A stretch of 64,000 nt of DNA from the human T2T-CHM13v2.0 reference genome, Homo sapiens. A program made the position numbers and the translations under genes. The stretch is from NCBI RefSeq assembly GCF_009914755.1, contig NC_060930.1; one strand, written 5' to 3'. Position 1 is the stretch's first letter, and each line of letters opens with the position of its first letter. This document shows, piece by piece, positions 38,601-56,100 of the stretch. Below the pieces are notes generated by a model. It did no database searches and was not told where the DNA came from. It saw only the letters and a program-made list of their open reading frames with translations.

Positions 38601-40260
38601 GAAGAGAAGTCTATTACCTTAGAAGAAGAGGATTATAAATTTGACAGAGGGATATGGATTTCTGCCATGACAACTATACCCCATACCCCGTTAAGGTAAA
38701 CGGCCCAATTTACATTTCCAGAATCCCCCCAACCATGATAACTGCATACTTGTAGGGGATTTGTAGCTATTATGATGACAGAATTATTATCGAAAGCAAT
38801 GGCAGTTTTCAAAATGGTTATCAGTGGCTTCCTGCTGATCATGGCTCATCAATATCTGCTGTGTGAAAAAAGTTCTGACATATCCTTCTGTTGCTGATAT
38901 GTGCTGGAAGAATTTACAACCAGCCATATTGAAGGTAAGTTGATGAAGATACTTCCAGCGACAGGGAGGCTTGTCCATATGTGATTTAGAAAGCAGGGAG
39001 TAAAATGGAGAATGACCTAAGGGTCAAGACGTTTTGCTTAGGCTATAGCTATTCTGGAGAGCATAGTGAAGATGACTCAACTTGTCATCTCATAGCACAC
39101 TCATTATCATTTTAGTTCCACTACCCTGGCATTATGTAACCAATCCCAGCTGTAAAACCTATTCTTCTGTCATTTGTACAATCAACTGTTAATCTGCGTT
39201 CTTAAAATTTTCATTTAAGAAATTTATTTCTGGGGCTTTATTAAGCTCCTTGTTCCAGAATCCTAATTCACTGCTGTCTTCTACCTAAAAATGTGTCTAT
39301 GCCATTATGGCAGTTTCATTACCAAAAAAAGGTAATATTTTGAGACATTAGTCTTTTTAGTAATCCTTGCATCTTTCCCATTCTCTTGTCTCTATTTAAG
39401 CAAGTGGTCAGCTTGTTTTTATTGCCTCAAGAAATGGAGGTACCAGGCTAAAATGCTGAAACTCCTATAAGACTTCCCAGCTTTATTATAAAAAAGATTA
39501 AGTCCCAGGGAGAAAAGAGGATTCATTAGTACCGGTAGACAAAATATCTCATTCAAAAGCATGGGGAAGACCAATACAGGAAACAGAAAAAAAAATATTA
39601 ACCAAAAGTGGAAGAGAAGGAAGAGTTTCCTTCTAACTAGAAAGACACTCCCTCAGGATTGCATTAGGATTGCATCTGTGCCCTGCTTCCCCACAGAGCT
39701 GCTGTGGGTGCAGAAAGCCTCCAGAGATGTCTGAACATCTCAGGAGCAGTGGGCATGAAGCCCAGCCTTTTTTAGTATCACAACAGATTAGCCAGAACCC
39801 AGTAGGACACAGGGTGATGCAGGTGTGCCCTGTGAGAAGCTTCCTATTTTCCTGAGCACAGACCACAGGTGGAAGAGTCTGGAACTGACTGAGCCAAGCT
39901 CCCTGGGATAGGAAACCTACTCATGTTAATGTTTACAGGCAGTGGCAGAAAGCCATCCCTGAATGGCTTGATATGAGTGAGCATTCCAGAATCTTGACTT
40001 GAGTTTTGGAGGAGAGAGACTTGAATAAGGCTATACACGTATAAAGGATCTAATAGATTAAGATATAAAAGATCTAAGTAGAAATTAATTTGCAGGAAAA
40101 CATTTTTTCTCATCTGTGTTTGATATGATAATCTTCTTTTTTCACTTCTGCTGTCATCTCTCCCACCACCTTCAAAATCTTCCACTAGATACACATAAAC
40201 ACACATTTCCGTGAATATACACATGTTTACAAATGGACCAATGCTTTTTATTTGGCTCCC

Positions 40261-40639
40261 TGGCTCACATAGTCTGTTTGTGCTCCATAACAAAATACAC
40301 AAGACAGGGCGATTCATAAAAAGCGGAAATTTATTTTCTTACAGTTTGCAAAGATAGGAAGTTCAAGATCAAGGAACCAGCAGGTTTGGTTGTCTGGTGA
40401 GGGCTGACAAATGGAACTTTCATGCTGCATTCTCTCAAGGGGAGGAACTTTGTATCCTCACATGGCAGAAGACAGAAGGGCAAGCCAACAGAACTCTGCA
40501 TGAAACCTCTTCTATAAAGACCTTAATTCCATACATGAGAAAGGAATTCTCTTGGTCTAATCACCTCTAAATGTTCCAACTCTCAATACTATTATATTGG
40601 TAACACATATATTGGAGGGGACACATTCAAACAATAGCA
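40261..40639 (-). mobile_element. MaLR solo LTR (MSTD/MLT1A-like)
   Basis: ccataacaaaatacacaagac...gaagttcaagatcaagg...cctcacatggcagaag...ggacacattcaaacaatagca. Confidence 0.8.
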
Positions 40640-42234
40640 CTGGTTTACCTTGGAATTATCACACCTTAGAATTAAAACAGAATTCAGAGTCCATCCTGTC
40701 AAATCTGCCCTTGACTCATCAATATTTATAAATATTTCTAGTAACCCATCACCCAGGTTCAGTTTAAATTAAATTGTTATGTGGATTGTACTATCAATAA
40801 TGGTCATCCAGTTAATTTTTAGATTGTTCTAACTATTTTAAAAGATCTGTCTTTGTTTCAGTCAATCATCCATAATTCTCTCCCATTTGGTAACATCTGA
40901 ACAATCAGATTTCATGCAATGTGTCTTTCTCTGACATGTTTTCTGGCATCTCAGGATTTCATTTATCTCTCAAATCCATGCTTCCCCATGCTACATATCA
41001 CAATTTACCTCAACTCTACCTCCTATGGCAGGTTTGAAAATCTACTTATTGCTATCATTTCTCTCAAGAGGTCCAGCTTTTCCACATCAATTTTAAAGTA
41101 CTGATACAGAAGTAGGTGAAAAACACTATTTTTTTTATTTGCCTGAAAATGCTTAAGTCTTACGAAACTGAATACTACTTTCCTCTTGTAGGCACTAATG
41201 ATATTATTTCTTTGTATTAAGTGTGATTTCAGAGACTTATAAAGGAGACGGGATGCTGTCTGTTATATTTCTTGAGGCCACGTGAATGAACCCAGATTGC
41301 TCTTGACCCAAAAGAATATGTTCACAGATTTCTGATTAGAATGCATCTCTAGTTATCTAATGCAATAAATCATTTTCTGGTGTATTCCTGAAGACCTCAA
41401 GCTGGTTAGCACAATATATATGTGTATTATGGCTGCTAAAACCGTCACAAAATCCAAATTAGTAAGCATGTTTATCTGAAATATCAAGATGTTATTCTCA
41501 TATATAAAATGGATGTTTATTATATAGAAATTAAAAAATCACCCACAGCCCAATATTTATTTATGTTAATATACACCATTGACATTTGAAATAAATGCTC
41601 TTGGAAATTTTCCATACAAATATGCATCCTTATTACACTGTTTAGAAATAGGACTATATTTTACCTAAAGGTTTGTAACTGCTTTTAAAATTATTGCCCT
41701 AATATGCAATTATATAAAAATATAGTAATTAATGTAATTAGTTCCCAAAAGAGAGAAATTTAGATTATTTTAGGTTTTGCATTTGGAAGTGCTACTTCAT
41801 TTTGAAGTCCAATTAATGTTTTATTGGGTCTATAGAAAAAAGACAACAAACAGGAATTTCTAGTAAAAATTTTGCTTTTACCTGGAGTAAGGTAGAGAAT
41901 AAGACTAAGAGTGGGGTTCTGTTCCAAGATGGCCAAATAGGAACAGCTCTGGTCTGCAGCTCCCAGCGTGATCAATGCAGAAGACAGGTGATTTCTGCAT
42001 TTCCAACTGAGGTACCTGGTTCATCTCACTGGGACTGGTTGGACAGAGGGTGCAGCCCATGGAGGGTGAGCCAAAGCAAGGTGGGGCATTGCTTCACCCA
42101 GGAAGCACAAGGGGTTGGAGGATTTCCCTTTCCTAGCCAAGGGAAGCTGTGAGAGATGGCACCTGGAAAACCAGGACACTCTCGCCCAAATACTGTGCAT
42201 TTCCAACAGTCTTAGCAAATGGCACACCAGGAGA

Positions 42235-42354
42235 TTATATCCCATGCCTGGCTGGGCAGAATCCAAGCCCGTTGGAGCCTTGCTTACTGCTGGCACAGCA
42301 GTCTGAGATCAACCTGTGAGGCAGCAGCCTGGCAGGGGGAGGGGCATTTGACAT
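42235..42354 (-). pseudogene. L1 antisense ORF0 homologue, 39 aa, frameshift-truncated
   Basis: Translates MSNAPPPARLLPHRLISDCCASSKQGSNGLGFCPARHGI*, similar to the ORF0 N-terminus as recalled (MAGAPPPASLPPCSLISDCCAS); the C-terminal half lies in another frame (ORF 42021..42296). Confidence 0.7.
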
Positions 42355-42954
42355 TACTGAGGCTTGAGTAGGTAAACAAAGCAGCCCAGGAAGCTTGAAC
42401 TGGGTGGACCCCTCCCCAGCTCAGTGAGGCTGGCTGCCTCTGTAGTCTCCACCTCTGGGGGCAGGGCATAGATGAACAAAAGGCAGCAGAAATTTCTGCA
42501 GACTTAAATATCCCTGTCTGACAGCTCTGAAGAGAGCAATGGTTCTCCCAGCATGGTGTTTGAGCTCAGAGAACGGACAGACTGCCTCCTCAAGTGGGTC
42601 TGTGACCCATGTGTAGCCTAACTGGGAGACACTTCCCAGTAGGGGTCAACTGACACTTCATACAGGTGGGTGCCCCTCTGGGATGAAGCATCCAGAGGAA
42701 GGATCAGGCAGCAATATTTGCTGTTCTGCAATATTTGCTGTTCTGCAGCCTCTGCTGGTGATACCCAGGAAAACAGGGTCTGGAGTGGACTTCCAGCAAA
42801 CTTCAACAGACCTGCAGCTGAGGGACCTGACTGTTATAAGGAAAACTAATAAGCAGAAAAGAATAGCATCAACATCAACAAACAGGATATCCACACCAAA
42901 ACCCCATCTATAGGTCACCAACATCAAAGACCAAAGGTAGATAAAACCACAAAG

Positions 42955-43982
42955 GTGGGGAGAAACCAGAGCAGAAAAGCTTAAAATTCTAATAACCAGT
43001 GAGCCTCTTCTCCTCCACAGGATCGCAGCTCCTCGCCAGCAAGGGAACAAAGCTGTATGGAGAATGATTTTCATGAGCTGACAAAAGTAGGGTTCAGAAG
43101 GTCAGTAATAAGAAACTTCTTCAAGCTGAAGGAGGATTCTCGAACCCATCACAAGGAAGCTAAAAACGTTGAAAAAAGATTAGATGAATGGTTAACTATA
43201 AAAAACAGTGTAGAGAAGACCATAAATGACCAGATGTAGCTGAAAATCGTGGCACGAGAACTTCATAATGCATGCACAAGCTTCAATAGCCGATTCAATC
43301 AAGTGGAAGAAAGGGTATCAGCGATTGAAGATCAAATTAATGAAATAAAGTGAGAAGAGAAGTTTAGAGAAAAAAGAGTAAAAAGAAACGAACAAAGACT
43401 CCAGGAAATATGGGGCTATGTGAAAAGACCAAAACTACGTTTGACTGGTGTACCTGAAAGTGACAGACAGAATGAAACCCAGCTGGAAAACACTCTGCAG
43501 GATATTATCCAGCAGAACTTCCCCAACCTAGCAAGGTAAGCCAACATTCAAATTCAGGAAATACAGAAAATGCCACAAAGATACTCCTCAAGAAGAGCAA
43601 CCCCAAGACACATAATTGTCAGATTTACCAAGATTGAAATGAAGGAAAAAATGTTAAGGGCAGCCAGAGAGAAAGGTTGGGTTACCCGCAAAGGGAAGCC
43701 CTTAAGACTAACAGCAGATCTCTCAGCAGAAACTCTACAAGCCAGAAGAGAGTGGGGGCCAATATTCAACATTCTTAAAGAAAAGAATTTTCAACCCAGA
43801 ATTTCATATCCAGCCAAACTAAGCTTCACAAGTGAAAGAGAAATAAAATTCTTTACAGACAAGCAAACGCTAAGAAAATTTTTGTCACCACCAGGCCTGC
43901 CCTACAAGAGCTCCTGAAGGAAGCACTAAACATGGAAAGGAACAACCAGTACCAGCCACTGCAAAAACATGCCAAATTGTAA
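42955..43982 (+). pseudogene. Disrupted L1 ORF1p
   Basis: Start codon is GTG rather than ATG; internal stops and a frameshift; fragments MENDFHEL... and ...RRATPRHIIVRFTKIEMKEKMLRAAREKG. Confidence 0.92.
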
Positions 43983-44042
43983 AGGTCATTGATGCTAGGA
44001 AGAAACTGCATCAACTAATGAACAAAATAACCAGCTAACATA

Positions 44043-47858
<3,816 letters not shown>

Positions 47859-49417
47859 ACAATGCAAACACTTGGACACAGGGCAGTGAATATCACACCC
47901 CGGGGCCTGTCGTGGGGTTGGGGTCAGAGGGAGGGATAGCATCAGGAGAAAAACCTAATGTAAATGATGAGTTAATGGGTGCAGCAAACCAACATGGCAC
48001 ATGTATACCTATGTAACAAACATACACATGGTGCATATGTACCCTTGAACCTAAAGTATATAAAAAAAAAAAGACTAAGAGTAAGTAAGCATGTTAAGTG
48101 CCCATATTTAGACCTAGTGGAATTTCTGAGTTAGTTTCATATTCCTATTGTTTGTATTATTTATTGATCATACTATTAATAATCATGATTATTTAAATCA
48201 ATTTAATTATTTTAACAGTTTGAAAATGGTAAAGTTTATGTAGAAGGTACCTAGTAGAAACCAGTCTCATGAAAAATTATATGTGTGTATACAAACACAC
48301 ACACTTATACACACATTCTTACATATTGTTCACCTCATATGAGGCCCCACAATGCACACATTTGACAAATCATATTATCCACTAGGTCTCTTTTCCTCTG
48401 TGGTGCTTCAAAGTCATTCAATGAAGGGAATATCTAAAAGAAACATGGCTTAAATGAAAGGACTTTTTCAAATATTTTCAAAATTAAATTGCTATTCAGC
48501 CCTATGGGAAGATGTGTTTGGAAGCAAGCCATTTGTTCCATTTACATATAGAACCATTTCTTAATTTTCTAAATTCTTGCAAGATTTTATCAAATGTAAG
48601 ACAGCAAAAATATAATTTTTCATAGTGCACAGAACATGGTGAATTTGCAAAAAGAAAAGTAAATAAGAATAAGAAAGCTTTTTGTTTTTATAAATGCCTA
48701 TTCACACTTTCGGCAAGCAAATAATATAAATAAAAATAATTCACATTCACGCCATGGAAGCTTGGCTTGCTTGTGTAAATTTCTCAAAAAACTGAGAAAA
48801 CACAAATGTTGCTTCTATGTCTCAGAAGAATAACACCAATTCTTTATTGAGAATAGACATACTACTAAAATATTCTTTTTATGGTTTTAGAACTTTTTAA
48901 TCGTTGAAAACTACTTTTCTGTATTTTAACTCATTTGTCTTCATAAGACTGTGCAGCAGTATGGCATTTGGTGAATGAAACAGGCAAAAGGTTGTTGGAC
49001 AAAATCACAAATAGAATAATGAACATGAGCAATTTTACCTCATACTTAACTTCAAGCAAATATAGAATACATTTATACAGAATCAGGTTAGAAAACTTTG
49101 ATATTATATATCTGAGCAGAACAAGCACCATCAGGTAGAAAATGTGATTTCTCCTCTCATAACATGTTTTATGGATATAAATTTTATGAAAACCAAGTCT
49201 TATGGTCATCTCTAGGAGATAAGAAAGTGCTTTTGAGAAAGACATAATTTTATATCCAGCATAAGAAATTGTAGATATTGGTAAAGTAAATAATTACATA
49301 TGTCAACAATTTAGGGACACACTGTTTTTCATGGATTACTGGGAATAAGCATCTAACTGGGAAGTATTTTCCACTTCAAAAAAGACTCAAAACATTTGTT
49401 AGAAACCAGTATGCCTC

Positions 49418-49863
49418 TGATATGCTTTGGCTGTGTCCCCACCCAAATCTCATCTTGAATTGTAGCTCCCATAATTCCCACAGGTTGTGCAGGGACCTGG
49501 TGGGAGATAATTGAATTGTGGTAGCAGGTATTTCCCATGCTATTCTCATGATAGTGAATAAGTCTCATGAGATCAGATAGTTTGGGAGAGACAGATTTAT
49601 TGTGAGATCTTCCTTTACCATAAATCTCTACTATGGGAAAATGATTGTAAATGTTGTAAAATACGTTGAATTTAAAAAGAGAGTTTCCCTGCACAAGTCC
49701 TCTTCTCTTATTTGCTGCCATGTGAGATGTGCCTTTCACCTTCCACCATGATTGTGAGTCCTCCCAAGCCAGATGGTACTGTGAGTACATTAAACCTCTT
49801 TCTTTTGTAAATTGCCCAGTCTCGAGTATATCTTTATCAGCAGTGTGAAAACAGACTAATACA
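49418..49863 (+). mobile_element. THE1 solo LTR with perfect 5-bp TSD GCCTC, interrupted by a foreign insert
   Basis: tgatatgctttggctgtgtccccacccaaatc ... acagactaataca; GCCTC at 49413-49417 and 49864-49868. Confidence 0.95.
49581..49678 (-). repeat. Inverted 98-bp copy of 12679-12776 inside the THE1 LTR
   Basis: 87/98 ungapped identity; absent from the other THE1 LTRs in the window. Confidence 0.92.
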
Positions 49864-52319
49864 GCCTCCCACGTTTCCATGTAGGATGTTCTAAATGACT
49901 TAACAGCTCAGGGAAAAAGATATGGGAAGAGGTTTCCAGGCACTGTGAGGAACATATGGAAAGATCTTGCAGTGAGAATTTATGTAGTCAACAAAGAGCT
50001 TTTCAGGTAAAGCCATGGATTGAGCACCAAAGATTTTTAAGTTAGAGGAGTTAGGGTCAATGAACACAGCATGTGAATCCTAAATATATTCCTCTTATTG
50101 CTCTATGGAGAAGATTTTGGTAGGAATGAGTAGATACACCTGACCCTTGTATGTTCATATATGTAATCTCAGGTCAAGATCACTTCCTCAGGGAACCATC
50201 ATATTTTTTTGTTGAATACTGTCCTTAATCTGTTATTTGTTTCTCCAGAATATTTTAATATTATATTGACTATTATATTTACCTTATTAATTCTGCCTTT
50301 TCTCAGATCTTCAAGTTGAATCAATGGGAGACAATTGCACACTTAGTTGTTAGCAATGCCACTAAGTTTTTTGAATGAATTCCAATTTGTTGAATGAATT
50401 TTGAAGAAAAGATAGATTCAATATATTTTCTCAAGAATGCAGTGGAAAAAAAAGTGAAACTCATTGCCTGAGTCTGCAATTCTCTACATCTTTTGTGGGA
50501 CTGACACTGTTAGATTAAAATATCTAACTAATTTGGTTGGAAGGAAGGGAACTGCTTAAGGAGCTGTTTTGTTAGCAATAAAAATGGATGATTTAGTGCA
50601 GTCTACAGTGGCCTGTATATTAGAAGTAAATTTCTTTTCTTCCCCTGAAATGCATTAATCAAGACATAAATTATTTTAGTGTGACTTGAAAGCTTAAGAA
50701 GGCAGCGCATACAAGTTTACGTATCTGACTTACATATACACAATAATCAGCATGATCATAAAATCAAGAAAATTGAGAAAAAAAGGAAGAAAGTAAAAAA
50801 AAAAAAAAGCCATGAGGAAAAGACAGATAAATAGGCCCATAAAGCCTAGGAACAATCAGACTTAAATAGATGGGATCACAGAACAATTGACAAAGGTAAA
50901 GAGAAGAACAGACGGCAGAGAAGAGAAAGTGGTCAAGAAGTTAAGAAGGAATAGAAATATTCATCATCTCTAGGTCCACAACCCTCTATGATGCTATCAG
51001 TATTTCAGACGGTCATCTCATTGGCAGCCAACTGATACTCTAAGTAGCTGAAAAAAATCACTCGTTCAAGTTATTAAATGCCCTTTAAACTAAACCTATA
51101 GATCTTTTTCTGAATGAAATGTTCATAGCCAGGTAGGAGGAAAGGACAGTTGGATTGCCATTGTTTCATCATTTAGTCCTTTCTAGAAGCAAATACTACC
51201 TGTAAAAACATTTAAGAATTTTATTAATATGTAACATTCTTTTCTGCATCTATTTGGTACAGAACTGGTAAAAGACTAGAAGATTATTCAAAATAAGCAG
51301 CAAAAAATCATGTCTAATGACAATGGAAATTGAATAATTTGTCTTTTGGAACCCATTTTGAAAATCAGATGAACACAGAGACTGAAATGTCAATGCTTTT
51401 ATATATAACAAGCATGAGGTTATATTTTAGTCCCAAGAATCTTCATTAATATAAATTGGTATATTAGATTTTTAAATTGGGATGCAAGATATAGAATCTG
51501 AGTCTGTAAATTAAAATGTTCTTGGAATTAATTACAATGTTATATTTGCTGATAGATAGATTTTAAAAAAGATTAAAAACAAAAAAGTCACAGGCCTTTA
51601 TATAATTGAACTCTTCATTGAAAACCTATTGAAGTCAAATTATTCTAATGAGATGAGATGAAAATTTTAATGATGCTAACTTTCCTAGTTTTAGTTATTT
51701 CTGGAGACTGTCCTTAAATTTGCTTTATAAATATATCAATATAAAGTAAACTTGAATTAGAAAAAAACCCAAAGTTCATTTTAAATAATAATAATTATTA
51801 AAATAATAAAAATGAAAAAACATTCAGTAATCATATTCACATAATGATGAGAAACTGTATTTGAAGAGGAATAAAACAATACCTAGAATGTCTTTATCAT
51901 CATAACATACATTGTTGTTATTGTTTTCAATTGTGTGAATAAGATATTTTTTACTGAAGCAGATACTGCAAGTTTATTGAGTCAAAATGTCTCTGCATAC
52001 TTCAATTTTACATTCTCTGCTTGTTTTTTTTCTTAACATGCTTTAAATTTCTATTTGTTTATTTGTTTTAGTCTCGGTTGCAGATGATGGTGAAAGTAAT
52101 CATTCATTTTAATCAAATGCCCTTTTTTCCTGATGTCTCTTTTTTGTATTATTAATCTGACCAACTGCATCTCTGTTTTATACTTCCGTCTAGAACTCCC
52201 TTCATACTCAGATTACTGCTACCCTTCATCTTCATCCTGCCTCCATTCTAGTGCGTTGCCTAAGTATACATTCTTGCAAAATTTTTATTGGAATTTTCCT
52301 ACATGAATTTCTAATTTAT

Positions 52320-53460
52320 GTAAATTGTATCATATTATATATCTTTTCCTGATTCTTACCTTTTTTTGCTTAGCACAATGTCTTTATCACTCTATCATAT
52401 TGCCATATGTATATAAAATCACCCTAGATTATGAACACCTAGATTACCCAAACTTCATCCATCGCAACAAAATCACTGATAAAATTCGTTTATGTGCTTT
52501 CTTATAGAATTGTGTGATGATTTCTCTGGGAGTTATTTGCAGGAGTGAAATTTATGAGTCATAAGGTATGTATATACTGTTTGATTAAGTACTGCCAGAT
52601 TGCTTTCCAAAATGGCATCATTAATTTACAGACCCTCTTACAATGCATGAGTGCACCCATATCTCCTCATTCTAGCAACATTTGATATTATGTAGTGTTC
52701 TAACTTTTGTCAATTTGATAGATTTACAGTAACATCTCATTTTACTTGCAGTTTCCTGATTAGTAATGAGTTTAAATTTCTCTTTGTATGTTTGTTTAAT
52801 ATCTGGGATTTATTTTCTTTTAATTGCTCTTAAAAATGCTATTTTTCTGATGGGTGCATATCTTGTATTATTTTGGAGATAGAGCCTTACTCGTTTGCCC
52901 TGGCTGCAGTTCAGTGGCACAATCATAGCTCTCCACAGCCTTGAACTCCTTGGGTTCAAGAGATCTCCAGCCTCAGCCTCCCAGCTAGCTGGGATGACAG
53001 GCTTTTACCACCATGGCCAGCTAATTTTATTTTTAGAGACAAGGTCTCACTATGTTGTCCAAGCTACATGTCTTCTTCTTGGTTCTTTGATGGTAGATGT
53101 ATTTGGCAGATGTTAATTGGCTGTCAATTTTAGGCATTGTAAATAGATTTATATAGGACATTGTCATCTGATCACTTTGGCTCTGGTATAATTCACTGAA
53201 CGGAAATCCCTAATTTTGATGTTGTTGATTATATAAATTTAATGCCTTATAATTTGTTATGAGAGTTTGTTAAAAATAATTCCTTAATTTTCTATTAAGT
53301 TTATAGTTTTACCTTTTCCATTTAGATGTCCAACTCACCATATGGTTTTGGGAACAAAACTGCTTTTACTTCTCTTTATATAGTGAGTCAATCCATCACA
53401 GTGTCAGTTACAACTTTATAAATTTAGAGACTAAAGTTTTCAATATATGGGTTTTGTGAT
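52320..53460 (-). mobile_element. Old L1M fragment (antisense ORF2 end / 3' region)
   Basis: aagtactgccagattgctttccaaaatggc...catctcattttacttgcagtttcctgattagtaatgag. Confidence 0.7.
52871..53066 (-). mobile_element. 5'-truncated AluJ fragment
   Basis: cagtggcacaatcatagctc...cagccttgaactcc...ggtctcactatgttgtcc. Confidence 0.85.
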
Positions 53461-55417
53461 AGTTACTTTGACTTACTTAATCATACCGGTATAGAACACT
53501 TATCTTTGTCTCATCTAATTTTTTCTTGAGTACTTTCTTTCAGACATTAAATTTATACCGCAGCTTTCTTTCCCCTGGTATATGTTTTTCCATCTACTTA
53601 TTTTCACTTTCTTTGTCTTTTTTAAGAAAGGAGTGTGTCTCCTATAGGCAACATATTATTGAATTTTAGCTTTGAGTTGTTGCTGTTGTTATTGAGTCCA
53701 GCAGGATTCTCCTTTTGTCTTTGATATATGTTATTCTGTTTTTTCATTTATGTTGGATGTACTGTGTGTGTAATTAATTGTCCAGTGCTTTCATTTTCCC
53801 TGGGTTAACGGCTATCTTGTGTAGTGATGGGCACTGGGGACTGGCAAAATTTTCTTCCCTGTTACTTGTCAGGAGTTTAAGAGGAGGAGGAATCAGCCCT
53901 AGAGCATAAAAGTCAGGCTCCAAAATTTTATACAAGCCCATTTGCTGGCACCAATCAAATAGTATGTTCAGGATTTTCCTGTAATATTTTGAGAAAGAAA
54001 CACTAAAGCAAGACGTAATCCACCAGCCCTGGAGGTTTGGATGGGGAGACATGAATAAACCACCACTCTCATTTGTTTCTCAACCCAGTTTGGCTTTCAT
54101 ACGGTCCTGAAATTATTGCAACCACTTCCTGCCCACTGTGGTCTCAATTGTTGCTGTTGATTTATATGGGTAAGGAAGAGGAAACAACTTTTCCCAGGTG
54201 ATGTTGTGAAGAGGAGAAAGTGGAATTTATAACCTCTCCTCAACCTATTCTGCCACTTCCTTCTGGCCACCCTTGCCCCAGACTGCCACCCATCATCTTA
54301 GTCCAAGACAGCTTTTGATCTTGGCAGTTTCTCAAGGTTCTATATGATTTATCCCAGTATGTTTTCTTCTTCTGTAGTTTCCCCAGGGTTGATTTTTGGA
54401 GATGTAGCCAGCAACACATGCAAGTTTGCCATGCTGATTGATCTGCATGACATCATATCTAAAGTATTCTAGTATGCTTATTACCTCCTTTCCTAACTGT
54501 ACAGTCTTCCTCCTTTTGACCCACTGGCATACAATGATCTTTGGTCCTCTGAATAGTTAAGGATGCCCCATCGGGCCGATATATCTAATATGCTTCCCTC
54601 TTTTCCAATTTACCCTTATCTCTACTTGTTTGCTCCTCTTACCACATGACCTGACTCCATCCACCTCCACTCACTGTCTTAATAGAGTGCATGCTGGAAC
54701 TGCCCAACAAATACCACATGCAATGGTTGTCCAATGGAGGATGGCAAAAGGGACAAGTAGGTGGAAAATGTTTCCTTCCTTTCACACAGATTCTACTTTC
54801 CTCACCCATATGAGGATAACAAATTATCTGGTATTGTCTAAATACTCTCTTACATATTGGCCTGCATGAATACTAGTGACATCATAATTTAAAACATAGT
54901 AATCTCAAATCTTTAACTTAAAAGAATGGTTAATTATTAAAGAAGTAATAAAAGACACAAAATAAATCCAACTTACATCATTAGCTACATGTGCTTTTCT
55001 ATGAATAAAGTATAAATTTTTATTGGAAGGAATTATTAAATTGTTAAGAAAATCAAAATCTTAGTAATATATACAATAAAATATTAATGATTTAATTATT
55101 TTTCATCCTTTTGAACAGTTCCGACTGAAGTAAACTACTAAAACACAGAAAACGCCGCTTTTGGATTTAGTTGTACATTTAGTCAGTAATTTAAAAAATG
55201 TTGGAATGCATTTGTGCTAATCCTATCAGATATGGAAGGAATATTTTATTTTATATTGTGGAAGCTTATAGAAACTATGACATCAACTGAAAAGTGCGAC
55301 TCCATGAAACTTTTAAAAAGACAAGTCTAATTTTTATTTTATGTTTTAAACATTTTTAAGAAAATTGTGATTTAGCAATACAGTATCTTAAATTGAGAGA
55401 AACATAAAATAAATAGC

Positions 55418-56100
<683 letters not shown>

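Noticed and set aside
39844-40317. 157-aa minus-strand ORF
   Set aside because: Starts inside an MaLR LTR; no recognisable domain or exon structure.
42711-42746. 17-bp direct repeat gcaatatttgctgttct in the L1 5' UTR
   Set aside because: A similar doublet occurs in L1PA consensus sequences as I recall them, so it is probably not locus-specific.
49353-49880. Longest ORF in the track (175 aa, minus strand)
   Set aside because: Antisense read-through of a THE1 LTR plus the 98-bp insert; no protein-family features.
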